Part shown: piece after piece, positions 10,620-22,520 of the stretch
Layout: every line of letters starts with the position of its first letter
Position numbering within the stretch: position 1 is the stretch's first letter
Assembly (NCBI GenBank): GCA_002269645.1
Contig: NIVC01003533.1
Location: 22,266-86,265, forward strand
Direction of reading: 5' to 3'
Length of the DNA: 64,000 nucleotides
Origin: Macrostomum lignano
Lineage: Eukaryota
Notes under the pieces: generated by a model
The model's database searches: none
Told to the model about the DNA's origin: nothing
Seen by the model: only the letters and a program-made list of their open reading frames with translations
Position numbers and translations under genes: made by a program

Positions 10620-13013
10620 AATTCTATGATCCAAGTCGTGACAACGGCGGTGAGGTGGGGGCACGGGTAAGGGACCAGAAAAGACTGGCCTTGGCCGTAG
10701 GCGATTGGCCAACTCGTTGCCCCTCTGCTTCCAGGTCTGAGATCAACTTTGACCTTTAATTACTCGACTATTCACCCACCCACAAGCTGTGCATGGTGTC
10801 TAATAGAAGATCGAAAAAGCTGACGCGAAAAGCGAAAGGAGTAATTCGACCAGCTGACAGTTAAAATTAGCTTTTTGGGTTTTTTTGCGATACCACAGAC
10901 TGGGATCGATCACAGCGCGCCCAGACCCAAACCTCCACTGCACGCCTCCTGGAAATGTGCCGTTGCTTGGTTGCTTGAGTCAATATGGCTCATCTGGGCT
11001 GAATCCTTTACATGGGACCTCATATATGATCACCAAAGCCGGGCTCGCTATTTGTTCGGCACCCAGAACTGAATGGTGCCGCTTTTACTTTGTCCCACAG
11101 TTAAGTCGTCGCCTTAGCAAGAGGAACACAGACCGCCAGCTCAAAGTCGTTTGGTCAACTTGGCGAGCGAACACGGGACTTAGCTGCTGAGCGCTCTCGA
11201 ATTTGCGCACTTGTTTACATGTATATTGCATCGATATTATAGCATACGCAATCTATACTAATCGATAAAATCAATCTGATCCATAGCAATGCCAATAAGT
11301 GCTGATTAAAACCCTGAGTATTACTTGACATAATTTTTATTGACATAACTCTTGACATAAAACTTGACATAACAAATGTAATATATGAAAAATGTTCGGG
11401 TTAGTACGCATTTGCATGCTGTACATTGAAATTTTGGAGCGTATTAGGCAAAATCCACTCTTTCTAAAATTGCCGTACTAAAGGGATATTTACAAAATTA
11501 TTAGGCATGGGCGCGCACGAATACTTAAAATTAACAAGAACTTAGTACGATTAAACTCCGTTGCAGATTAAGCAGTAAAACAATGTCATGTTTTTGCTTT
11601 ACATACTATTATAAAAAAGTATAATTATAATTAATGAAGTAAAAGTTTTTCTAAACTACCAGTATTACATGATAAGTAATGTAGCAACAATATTTTCTAT
11701 TTTTAGATACGAAGCATAACCTTATCTCGCAATCGTTTAAAATAGTCTCAGTTAATAAATTATCGCTTTTGCCAGTCTCAGCATTTTTTCGCTTTCCTTC
11801 AAGGTACTGTTGTTTACTCTAACATTTTAAAGAATTTTAATGATAATCTTTCTCATACGATTTTTGACTCACTACTGTATGCATGTATATGTTGTGCTAT
11901 ATAAATTTGTATAATAATTTTCATTTAAAGCACTTATTTTTCTAATAGACTAATAGTAATACCTTTTTATGAAGAATGTTTTAACTTGAGAAAAAAGTTG
12001 AAAGAATATCCTTTTATTTGCAATTTACATTTACATTTACAAATTTCTAAGTGGACCAAACTCTGATAAATAATGGCTAATTCTTTTATAACAATGTAAT
12101 ATTTATTAAATATTTTTGTTCTTAACATTTATTGCTTAGTTTTTATATAAAATACAAAATATAGTTGAATTAAAAGTTTTTTAAAACAAGGTTGTTCACC
12201 TTATCACCTAAGTGATCTTGTTGTAGTATCAATATGGTCATTGATTTTTTAAAAGATAATATTATTGTAAGTCTTTAATATTTAAATATTTAAATTAAAA
12301 TAGTCTAAATATATATCTTTAATATATATAGATAGATATACATATATATTATCCTTTTTAGCAAAGAGGATATAGAATAGCATATACCCTATCTATATAT
12401 GTATCAATTTACATTTAATATTGAACATTTATTGACATTATTATTGTATATGCTTCAAAATAACAAAATCAGTTGTTTTTTCAATTTTTATAAAATTGAA
12501 AAATATATTTTAGTTGTAATTTCTTTTTTATTAAATATATTCTTTCTTTGCAATGTACTACTTATAAACATGTAAACATAAATTTTGTTTGTTCTTCCAT
12601 TTTATAATGCAATTGTTATAAACTTTCATGCACTATTGTTTTGACTTAAACTAATTTAGCAACACCAGAAACTGCCTGCTGTAATCCCTAGTGACAGACT
12701 TTCTTCAGTCCTGGGGCTGCTGCAAAAGCCTTGAGCTGATTGCCTCAAAGCTTCAACATGGCTACTGATCTGATGCATTCGCCCCTGTTCAGTAACATGT
12801 AAGGTTTTGAGTTGCATTTTCTGTTGTTCTGTGAGGTTTTCGTGTAATGAGGAGATCAGTAGACTATAGATATTTAATAGTTTTTATATATATAACCATT
12901 TGTCTTTAGACAATTGGTCAGAAACATTGCTTGTATCTGAAATGCTGTAGAATCAGAACTATATAGCTCAATTATTCAAGTGCTTCAAGTCATACTGAAA
13001 GATTAATTGGGTG

Positions 13014-13535
13014 CTTCAGGGTTGATCGCATGCTTCAAGCTTGATTGGATGCTTCAGGCTATGCTTCAGGCTTGATTGGGTGCTTTAGGCTATGCTTCAG
13101 GCTTGATCGGATGCTTCAGGCTAATGCTTCAGGCTTAATCGGATGCTTCAGGCTATGCTTCAGGCTTGATTGGGTGCTTCAGGCTATGCTTCAGGCTTGA
13201 TTGGGTGCTTTAGGCTATGCTTCAGGCTTGATCGGATGCTTCAGGCTAATGCTTCAGGCTTGATCGGATGCTTCAGGCTATGCTTCAGGCTTGATTGAGT
13301 GCTTTAGGCTATGCATCAGGCTTGATTGGGTGCTTTAGGCTATGCTTCAGGCTTGATCGGATGCTTCAGGCTATGCTTCAGGCTTGATCGGATGCATTAG
13401 GCTATGCTTCAGGCTTGATCGGATGCTTCAGGCCAATGCTTCAGGCTATGCTTCAGGCTTGATCGGATGCTTCAGGCTATGCTTCAGGCTTGATCGGATG
13501 CTTCAGGCTATGCTAAAAGCTTGATCAGGTGCTTG
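13014..13535. repeat. Composite minisatellite (TGCTTCAGGCTA / TGCTTCAGGCTTGATCGGA subunits, ~31-bp period)
   Basis: Directly visible. Confidence 0.9.
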
Positions 13536-13949
13536 AAACCACGTCGTACAAGATTCCCATTATGTGTATACCTATAGTCGTCTTCAATTGCGTACACTTT
13601 CGGTACAGTTTCGGTCAACTTTAAAGGTTAAGCTTAAGACAGAGAAATGGGAATTAGTGTTGCATTAATTAAGTAATTTTTGTAAAAATTTCCTTCAGCC
13701 TAACCGCATGATCTGGTTTTATAGCACAGTCGAGTGGTTTGTTATAATCTAAATAAGCTTAACTTCATATTTTGCGAAGCACGACTCGAAATACACATTG
13801 GCTTTTTAATTGAACAAAAACGGAGTAATAAAAGCCGGGAGCCTGCACATTGGTTTCGCATATTGACCAAATGGAGTCCCTCTCCCCACTGGTCAGTTAT
13901 AGAATCCGGTAACAGTGATTAGCAGCATCAGTTTGACTAAATTGTGGAG

Positions 13950-14280
13950 AGGAGTGGCGTGGGGATGAGATGACTAGATGAGAAGAGAAGAGAAAAGGGG
14001 AGCAGAGATAAGAAAAAATGAGAGGAGTGGAGGGAAGAGGAGTGGAGAGGAAAGAAGTGGAGAGGAAAGAAGTGGAGAGGAAAGGAGTGGAGAGGTGAGG
14101 AGTGGAGAGGAAAGAAGTGGAGAGGAAAGAAGTGGAGAGGAGAGGAGCAAGGCAGAGATAAGAAAAGATTATAGGAGAGGATAGGGTTGAGAAGAGAGGA
14201 GAAGAAAGGAAAAAAGGAGAAGAGATAGATGAAAGGAGATAAGAAAAGAGGAGAGGAGGAGATGAGAAAAGAGAAGATAA
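13950..14280. repeat. Polypurine (GGAGA/GAA-rich) low-complexity tract
   Basis: Directly visible; it accounts for the spurious ORFs here. Confidence 0.9.
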
Positions 14281-14930
14281 AAACGCAAGGACCATGGAAT
14301 TGCGCTGACGCAAGCAGTGTAAGTGACATAAATAGGCGCATGCTGCATGGACTTGAGGGGACTCAACTAGATTGCAATAATGGCTTGCTAAAATTGCAAA
14401 AAGTTGAAGGCCGAATGGGGCAGGCTGTTTACCGCTGAGTTAAGGCTAAGAGTACGAATATGCGTCTCATGAAACTGAAATGAGCAAAGCGAATGAGGAT
14501 AGCACGGTGTGCACTATAATGCAGTGAAGATGTTGTCAGTTTTTACTGGCAATGAACTCAATTTATGTAAATTAATTCTACTTGTTAGTGCTTACGCATA
14601 TTCTTTTTTCTTACATCTGCTGGCGAGCGGCAGTCACTCTTTAAAATGTTTATTTCTCAAAGCTTGCGTGCGCGCGAGTTTACTCTCAGCTAGCTAGCTA
14701 CTTCTGTGTCCAATGTGCGCGCGCAAATGCATTTCTAAACTACCTGCCTGTCTGCGCATTGCACGGGGTCTGTCCAGCACGTTTTCACTGCTAGCGCGCG
14801 GCTGGAATGAGAGGCAGGGGGAGGGGACGAAAGGCGAACGCGTGCGGGCGGGTGGGCAGGCAGACTCGACCGCGGTTTTTACCTGGAAATTAATCGTTTC
14901 GCTTTGTTAAGTACCCTCAAATAGTCGGGT

Positions 14931-15556
14931 TCTGATAATCCAATTGGCTCTGATAATCCAATTGGCTCTGATAATCCCATAGGGTTTGATAATCCCACAG
15001 GATTTGATAATCCCACAGGATTTGATAATCCCACAGGGTTTGATAAACCCACAGGATTTGATAATCCCACAGGATTTGATAATCCCACAGGATTTGATAA
15101 TCCCAAAGGGTTTGATAATCCCACAGGATTTGATAATCCAATAGGCATTGATAATCCAATAGGCACTGATAATCCAATAGGCATTGATAATCCAATAGGC
15201 ACTGATAATACAATAGGCATTGATAATCCAATAGGCACTGATAATACAATAGGCATTGATAATCCAATAGGCACTGATAATACAATAGGCATTGATAATC
15301 CAATAGGCATTGATAATCCAATAGGCACTGATAATACAATAGGCATTGATAATCCAATAGGCACTGATAATACAATAGGCATTGATAATCCAATAGGCAC
15401 TGATAATACAATAGGCATTGATAATCCAATAGGCACTGATAATCCAATAGGCATTGATAATCCAATAGGCACTGATAATACAATAGGCATTGATAATCCA
15501 ATAGGCACTGATAATCCAATAGGCATTGATAATCCATCAGGCATTGATAATCCAAC
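14931..15556. repeat. 18-bp minisatellite (GATAATCCAATAGGCATT and variants)
   Basis: Directly visible, with two variant blocks. Confidence 0.93.
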
Positions 15557-15700
15557 AGCCTCTTATAATCTGGCCACTCTAATAATCCGAAATAATGATC
15601 TGGAATTTTGTTCAATAAGTTTGACTGAAATTGTCAAATAAATATAGCAAGGAGGCGACCTATTATTTCGGGTAGAAGGCTGGGGTAACTATTAATCTAG

Positions 15701-16932
15701 AGCCTCGTCAGCTACTTAGCCATCATAGCAAGAGAGAATGACCGCAGTGAAACAAATCAATACCGCAGGGACTCGGATAGCGACGGCTTCAGCGGCGGTG
15801 GCGGCGACGACTCGCGCGACTCTGACTCAGACGGAGGCAGCGGAGGCGGCAGCCGCGTCAACGGCGGATTCGGCGGAGTCGGCGGCTCGGAGGACCCGGT
15901 CAGCGGCAGCATCAGCGCCTGGGTGGGCCTGACGGCCACCCCGCCAAACTACAGCGGTGGCGTCAACGATGAGAACGAAGTTCGAAAGTGTTTGAACTAT
16001 TTTAAGAAGATCCGCCAACAGGTTGGCAGCTTCGACAAAGCGCCGCTGAAGCCGCTGGACCAGGAGGCTGAGAAACGGCCGGCAGCTGCTAGCAGCTTGC
16101 AAGACCGGCGCAAAGCGATTATCTCGTCAATTTTTGACGTAGACCCGGCCAGCCAGTCGATTCTTGGAAAGCGTCGCCGTTCCGACACTCCGCCGCCGCC
16201 TAATCCGACGTCAGAGTCCAACAAAACGCGAGTCGTTGCAGTCGCACACGCTGGCGGACTGAACCTGCGGGTGCCGCTGGCTTTGCTTCCCATCGGTAAC
16301 AGCCGGCACTCCAAACATCAGAGGCGCTCGCTTCGACGTCGGGACCTCGGTGTCCAGACTGAGGAGACTCAACAGCAGCAGCCGCAGCCTCAGCAGCCGC
16401 AGCAGCAGCCAGCCAGCAGGCCGACAGCCGCGGTGCCGCCGGTTCCAGCAGCAGCAGCCACGGAGGCCGCCCAGCTGCAGCAGCTGTCCGCGCTGACCGA
16501 TCGCGCCCAGGCCAGTCGAGCGGCCGCACTGGAGCGGCAGTGGCGCTCGGCGCCGCTGGAGACCCTGCTGCGGCGGGCCAAGTCGCACAAGCAGCAACTG
16601 GAGGCGGCTATAAAATCTGCCCAGCCGGATTCCGCTAAGCGGCACTTCCTGCACGCCGGTCTGCTTTTTCTAGCCGGCTGCTGGGCCGACGACGAGCGCA
16701 GGCGGGCCAGCGCCGCTGCCGGAGACTCCGCGTTGGCTGCCGCTGCGGCCCCGACGCGCCAGACCTACCGGGAGATCGCCACCTTTGTGCGGCAGTTCGC
16801 GCGCCAGCTGATGCGCCAGAGCAGCAACGGCGGCGGCAACGGGCGAAAGCCGACGGCTAAGGATAGTCTGGCCGAGCTGAGCATGCTCATGCTGCTGTCC
16901 GTGGTGGAATACAGGCAGTACTACTGCTACAG
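15701..16932 (+). CDS. AFF: AF4/FMR2 family (AFF/lilliputian-like) protein, large exon including the first part of the C-terminal homology domain
   Basis: The frame is open from 15701 (acceptor AG at 15699-15700 or 15727-15728) to the donor AG|GTGATT at 16933. LLRRAKSHKQQ...HFLHAGLLFLAGC...TYREIATFVRQ...LSMLMLLSVVEYRQY parallels the AFF CHD (YMQEAKKLKH...YYLDAVVSFIECG...MYSETVDLIKY...LCLRCESLLYLRLF). The start exon was not identified. Confidence 0.7.
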
Positions 16933-16980
16933 GTGATTGCTCCGGGCTGGGGCTGCTGTTACTGGGTCACTTTCCTCCAT

Positions 16981-17150
16981 GCAGATCCTCAGCTGCAGCC
17001 TCTTGAGATCCTCAGTTGCTGTGCCAGCCTCCCAGATCCTCAGTTCTTCCCCAGATCCTCAGTTGTTTAGCCAGCCTCCCAGATCCTCAGTTGTTTAGCC
17101 AGCCTCCCAGATCCTCGGTTGTTTAGCCAGCCTCCCAGATCCTCAGTTGG
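16981..17150 (+). repeat. 28-bp minisatellite (CAGATCCTCAGTTGTTTAGCCAGCCTCC) in the AFF intron
   Basis: Directly visible; same family as 21975-22520 in the opposite orientation. Confidence 0.88.
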
Positions 17151-18012
17151 ACCACAATGTTCATTTGCATTATGGTCGTATTTCTGGGAGATCATTAGCA
17201 CTGACTGCACACAGATAAAAATAGGCATGATATAAATGAGCTTGTTTTTTTAGCTCAAAAGTCCGTTTGGGTTTATTATTATTATCTGTTGCCATGCTGC
17301 TGCAGTCATGCGGCCTTCCCCCCATTCCGCTGCCTTCGCATTCCAGTCTAACTTAAACAAGTTGTTTTTCCAGCTATTCCACTAAACTGTACTTTTAACT
17401 TTCTCCGTCTCCCCCGTTGGCCTGGAATATGTACTGTACCAGTTAGTTTCCATCCTAATACTGGATGCGCATTCTGTCTTGGCTTTAACAGAATTTGCGT
17501 TCTATTCACAGGTAAGTTGACAGCTGTAGTGGCCCCGTTGGGTTGGGGTGGAGCATTCATGGCTGATTCAATAAGAGTACAAAAATATAAATAATTCAGT
17601 TACAGTAAAATTCACCAGCCACATCCGGTTCTGTATTTGTAGCGATGATCCACAGCCTATTTATTGCGTAAATTTTTTTGCTAAACAGCTTGCTTACCCT
17701 CTTCTCTGCCTTATCTATCTTGTGTCGTATGGCAGTTGGTAATATTTAAGCCTTGCTTACATTTAGAATATATGCGTTCCAGTGTGGAGCGCACTGCAGA
17801 AAGTTGTCCGTAAAAATGACTTACTGCGTGCTGTTGCACACTCTAGCTTGCAAATATTCTGTAAAAAATTCAGTTTTAGGTCCATTTTTTTCATTTCTAG
17901 TCGAATTTGGTTGCCAAGCCGAGCCTCTGCCTCCTTTCAGGTGTAGCAATTTTCGGTCTCGGATAAAAACAAGTTCAATATTATTCCAGTTCTAAGAACC
18001 ATATTTTTCCCT

Positions 18013-18394
18013 GTCCTCCCCACCCTCCTCCAGACAGGAGCTGGCCAATCACAGAGCAGCAGTGATATAGATTGACTCTGTCACTCCCCACCCTCCTCCA
18101 GACAGGAGCTGGCCAATCACAGAGCAGCAGTGATATAGATTGACTCTGCCACTCCCCACCCTCCTCCAGACAGGAGCTGGCCAATCACAGAGCAGCAGTG
18201 ATATAGATTGACTCTGCCACTCCCCACCCTCCTCCAGACAGGAGCTGGCCAATCACAGAGCAGCAGTGATATAGATTGACTCTGTCACTCCCCACCCTCC
18301 TCCAGACAGGAGCTGGCCAATCACAGAGCAGCAGTGATATAGATTGACTCTGTCACTCCCCACCCTCCTCCAGACAGGAGCTGGCCAATCACAG
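18013..18394 (+). repeat. 68-bp tandem array (~5.6 units) spanning the AFF last-exon acceptor
   Basis: CTGGCCAATC recurs from 18041 to 18381 at 68-bp spacing. Confidence 0.95.
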
Positions 18395-18677
18395 CGCAGC
18401 CATGAAGAATGGCAATCTAGCCGCTGAGCAGCGGGAGCAGTTCTTGGGCCACCTGTTACACCTGTACCACGCCACGGAGACCTGGGCACACATGATGCGC
18501 AATCGAGACAAGCTTCTCGCGGAGTCTCCAGATTTGGTCCGACTTGAAGAGGAAGCCGTCCGGCTGAGCGGCTTCCGGCCGGCAGGTCCATCCGACCGGT
18601 TGAGCCACCTGTTGGCCTACCTGCAGGCTGCGGCCGACGTGCTGGGTTCCAGCAGTGCAGCTGTCGGGGCTACCTGA
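18374..18677 (+). CDS. AFF: AF4/FMR2 family protein, terminal exon
   Basis: The pyrimidine-rich acceptor CCCTCCTCCAG|A is phase-compatible with the 16932 donor. LYHATETW...LSHLLAYLQAAADVL resembles AFF4 FLYATEIW...MTDLVRYTRQGLHWL. Confidence 0.72.
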
Positions 18678-19749
18678 AGCGACTTTAGAAGCTTAAAATT
18701 TGTCTATGGCAGAACCTATTTTGCGTCGTTGAAGGAATTCCTACAAAAGCTGCGCATAATTGAAGAGAATTCACAGAGAATTTTATGAGTATGTTCTAAA
18801 ATTGCTATAGAGAGTGCCTGTTGTGAATGTCTATGGCCAAAAGACTGTCTGATGGTAAATCTTCACTTATACTCCTGGCTAATTACAGCACTAATAGTGT
18901 GTGGCTTTCTAACGTTATTTTGTGGATTCTGAAGCGCTAAATGTTTAATAGAGTACTGCCATAGATATTTCTTTATCTGGCTCCTTGGCTGGTAATTCTT
19001 GAACTCGGCTAACAGAAAACAGTAAGTGGAACAAGAGATAGCAAATTTGAGAATATCAAGCCCTGATAACAGATATTTCACCAGTGTACGAACATGAGCG
19101 TTTGACACATTTACGCGTGCATTGCATAGGGCATGTTACTCATTAGCCTGAGTTATTGCACTGGACCCTTAATATAAACATATATCAACCCAGAGTGAAT
19201 TGTACCTTATATATATTTCTACTTTTAATTACTTGATGAAATATTCAACTTCCGTCTTTCAAACAACAATTTTTACATAATAAATATATCGGCAAAGAAA
19301 TTGCCTGTTGATTGTTGATTTTAGAATTTAATCGATGGAATCCTTAAAAGATTGTAATTAAAAATTCTGTCCTTAGTGTCTAGCATTAGAGTTTATACCG
19401 CAATGCCTCTCATAGATGTAAATCATGCCGATGTATTTCACTGAGTCTATAGGCCCGCCAATACTAGCCTGCTTAGATACAATAACACTGAAATTTTGAC
19501 GCTGTTTTGCATTGACACAAAAATTATTCAATTTTTATTATTTGCAACTGTGAAAGCCGCCTCTGCTACTGAGATATGATTAATATTTCTGCGTCTTGCG
19601 TGCTAAATCAATAGTATATGTATATTAACCTGTTACTGCGACAATTCCCTGTGCTATAACACTGCTTTATAGAATTTATTGGCTAAACTAAACCCGCTGC
19701 ATCTTTGATGGGACTTTAGTTCTTTCTGCTACTTGGGGATCGGCGGCTT

Positions 19750-20560
19750 CGTGTACACAGTGACAGCCAGTGTACACAATGACAGCTGGGATTGGTGTAC
19801 ACAGTGACAGCTGGGGTTGGTGTACACAGTGTCAGCTGGGGTAGGTGTACACAGTGACAGCTGGGGTTGGTGTACACAGTGTCAGCTGGGGTTGGTGTAC
19901 ACAGTGACAGCTGGGGTTGGTGTACACAGTGTCAGCTGGGGTAGGTGTACACAGTGACAGCTGGGGTTGGTGTACACAGTGTCAGCTGGGGTTGGTGTAC
20001 ACAGTGACAGCTGGGGTTGGTGTACAGTGACAGCCAGTGTACACACTGACAGCTAGGGTTGGTGTACACAGTGACAGCTGGGGTTGGTGTACACACTGAC
20101 AGCTGGTGTTGGTGTACACACTGACAGCTGGGGTTGGTGTACACAGTGACAGCTGGGATTGGTGTACACAGTGACAGCTGGGATTGGTGTACACACTGAC
20201 AGCTGGGGTTGGTGTACACACTGACAGCTGGGGTTGGTGTACAGTGACAGCCAGTGTACACACTGACAGCTGGGGTTGGTGTACACAGTGACAGCTGGGG
20301 TTGGTGTACAGTGACAGCCAGTGTACACACTGACAGCTAGGGTTGGTGTACACAGTGACAGCTGGGGTTGGTGTACACACTGACAGCTGGGGTTGGTGTA
20401 CACACTGACAGCTGGTGTTGGTGTACACACTGACAGCTGGGGTTGGTGTACACACTGACAGCTGGTGTTGGTGTACACACTGACAGCTGGGGCTGTTGTA
20501 CACACTGACAGCTGGGGTTGGTGTACACACAGTGACAGCTCGGGTTGGTGTACACAGTGA
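19750..20560. repeat. 25-bp minisatellite (GTGTACACAGTGACAGCTGGGGTTG)
   Basis: Directly visible, between the convergent AFF and GEMIN6 3' ends. Confidence 0.95.
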
Positions 20561-20931
20561 CCGGTAAAATAGTACACACGTTACACTGATTCCGTTCATT
20601 GGTCTCACATCGTGACTAAACATTATGAAAATTACAGCAGCCGACTTACTGCTTTCCCACGCCTGTTTCCGCACCTAAGTCAAGATTGGGAAGAACAAAG
20701 TGCAAGCAAAATTATACTGGTAGAAAGTCTTCATTAAAAGCTTCACTAAGTCATTGAATAGAGAAAGCAGAGACAAGGCAATGTATTTATTTATAGAACA
20801 AACGCAAGCAATTAATGCAAATAGTTTAGACGGTAGTAGTGCCAAATCCGCTACTGTGAGTAGAGAAGAAGGATGTTTTACAGATAGAAAAACATGCAGC
20901 ATTAGCTAGGAGTTTTCAACTAAAGCGGATA

Positions 20932-21522
20932 CTACGGTGGCAATAAGGCTAGCAGCGCAGTACACCTGGCCAGTACAATCTCATTATTGCAATAGCAGGT
21001 GCGGCCAAGGTAGGGCGGCCTAATAGTGAGACTGTCGCCTAGAGTCAGGCTGAGCGAGTCCTCGCCACCCACGGCCAAGTCGATGCGGTGCTTGGCAAAC
21101 CAGGCCCGCACCTGGTCGCGGCGTTGGATTGTCGCCGATCCCACAGCGGAGTCGTCGAGTTCTTCGCCGTCGGCGCCGCACCCGACAGCCAGCTTGTCGA
21201 TGTCGATCCGCTGCTGCTCAGTTGCCGGCTGAGCGCCCGGCACCGGACAGACTTCGACAGTGGCTCCAGCCAGTAGGAAGTGCACTTGCCGGTCATCCAG
21301 GTCAACCAGCACCCGGGTCCGGCTGACCGGGTCCACCGTGTACAGCCAACCCGTGAACTGGCGACCGTCGGCGCAGGACACTCGTTGAAGCTGGTACAGC
21401 TGCGACATGAAGCTGGCGCATTCAGCACTGCTGGCTTCTTCACAGGGACCGGTGTAGACACATGGGGCACCGGTACTGGCACCGGTATTAGCACCGGAAA
21501 CAGATTCACTCATTAGGCTCAT
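20932..21522 (-). CDS. GEMIN6: Gem-associated protein 6 (SMN complex), single exon
   Basis: FTGWLYTVDPVSRTRVLV...VRAWFAKHRI...LTIRPPY...CYCNNEIVLARC matches Gemin6 (YKGWVLTTDPVSANIVLV...LKKWLEKNHI...LTIDPPY...SSNEIILSRV). ATG at 21522 (or 21513); AATAAA ~140 nt after the stop. Confidence 0.9.
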   Translation of the reverse strand: MSLMSESVSGANTGASTGAPCVYTGPCEEASSAECASFMSQLYQLQRVSCADGRQFTGWLYTVDPVSRTRVLVDLDDRQVHFLLAGATVEVCPVPGAQPATEQQRIDIDKLAVGCGADGEELDDSAVGSATIQRRDQVRAWFAKHRIDLAVGGEDSLSLTLGDSLTIRPPYLGRTCYCNNEIVLARCTALLALLPP

Positions 21523-21829
21523 GCCACTGCCGCAGGCGGGCCAGCAAGTCGCTCTTCTCCTTGTGCTTGTGCACCAGACAGTCCAGCAGACTCCGCTGCG
21601 TCTCAGAGTCCAGGTCGATACCCTCGGCCTGCTCAATCTGCTGTCTGGCTGTCTCGAGTTTTTGCCGAAGCTCCTGGATTTTTCCCGTAGTGCCGGGCGA
21701 ATCGCTGGCGTAGTGAATGAATATGTCGCGAATCAGCGGCCCGAATACCAGATCCACCTGCTGGATGGGGGCTGAGGCGGCTTCCTGATGCTGGCGGTGC
21801 TGCTGCTGCGGTTGCTGCTGGTGATGCAT
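21506..21829 (-). CDS. MED9: Mediator subunit 9, single exon, 107 aa
   Basis: FGPLIRDIF...DSP...LRQKLETARQQIEQAEGIDLDSETQRSLL...KSDLL matches MED9 (FLPLxHxII...DSP...LKSKFQEMR...PGIHLSPEQQ...KNELL). An in-frame TAG lies 3 codons upstream of the ATG. Confidence 0.85.
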   Translation of the reverse strand: MHHQQQPQQQHRQHQEAASAPIQQVDLVFGPLIRDIFIHYASDSPGTTGKIQELRQKLETARQQIEQAEGIDLDSETQRSLLDCLVHKHKEKSDLLARLRQWHEPNE

Positions 21830-21974
21830 GAGACGCTACTGGGACTCAGGACTGCTGCCTAGTGGTTCATGAGTTCCGGTGCGTGACAAATATTATGCCT
21901 AATAATTGCAGCATTAGGTGGCAGGATTACAATTAAAGGCTTACTTGAATAACACCTTAACTGAAGGCCTGAGA

Positions 21975-22520
21975 GTGGCCCAGCATCTGAGGATCTGAGA
22001 GGCTGGCCCAGCAACTGAGGATCTGGGAGGCTGGCCAAGCAACTGGGGATCTGGGAGACTGGTCCAGCAACCGGGGATCTGGGAGGCTGGCCCAGCAACT
22101 GGGGATCTGGGAGGCTGGCCCAGCAACTGGGGATCTGGGAGGCTGGCCTAGCAACTGGGGATCTGGGAGGCTGGCCCAGCAATTGAGAATCTGGGAGGCT
22201 GGCCCAGCAACTGGGGATCTGGGAGGGTGAAGGAAGACCTAGCAACTGGGGATCTGGGAGGGTGAAGGAAGGCCCAGCAGCTGAGGATCTGGGAGGGTGA
22301 AGGAAGACCCAGCAACTGAGGATCTGGGAGGGTGAAGGAAGACCTAGCAACTGAGGATCTGGGAGGGTGAAGGAAGACCCAGCAACTGAGGATCTGGAAG
22401 GGTGAAGGAAGACCTAGCAACTGGGGATCTGGGAGGGTGAAGGAAGGCCCAGCAGCTGAGGATCTGGGAGGGTGAAGGAAGACCTAGCAACTAAGGATCT
22501 GGGAGGCTGGTCAAGCAACT
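21975..22520 (-). repeat. 28-bp/35-bp composite minisatellite (GGGAGGCTGGCCCAGCAACTGGGGATCT and a longer variant)
   Basis: Directly visible. Confidence 0.92.

Noticed and set aside
10875-11190. 101-aa ORF downstream of the 3' LTR
   Set aside because: No recognisable motif, and no convincing start or splice context.
14879-15615. Long repetitive ORFs (MPIGLS / DYQCLL), and similar ORFs at 19932-20674, 21859-22420, 34212-34915, 50753-51177, 56127-56771, 60451-61036 and 63263-63996
   Set aside because: These are translations of mini- or microsatellites that lack stops by composition, with no unique coding flanks.
18013-18394. CRISPR-like regular array
   Set aside because: The units are contiguous with no unique spacers, there are no cas genes, and the context is eukaryotic.
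20675-20902. Third cistron after GEMIN6
   Set aside because: An AT-rich ORF spanning the likely poly(A) signal, with no homology; it is consistent with 3' UTR.
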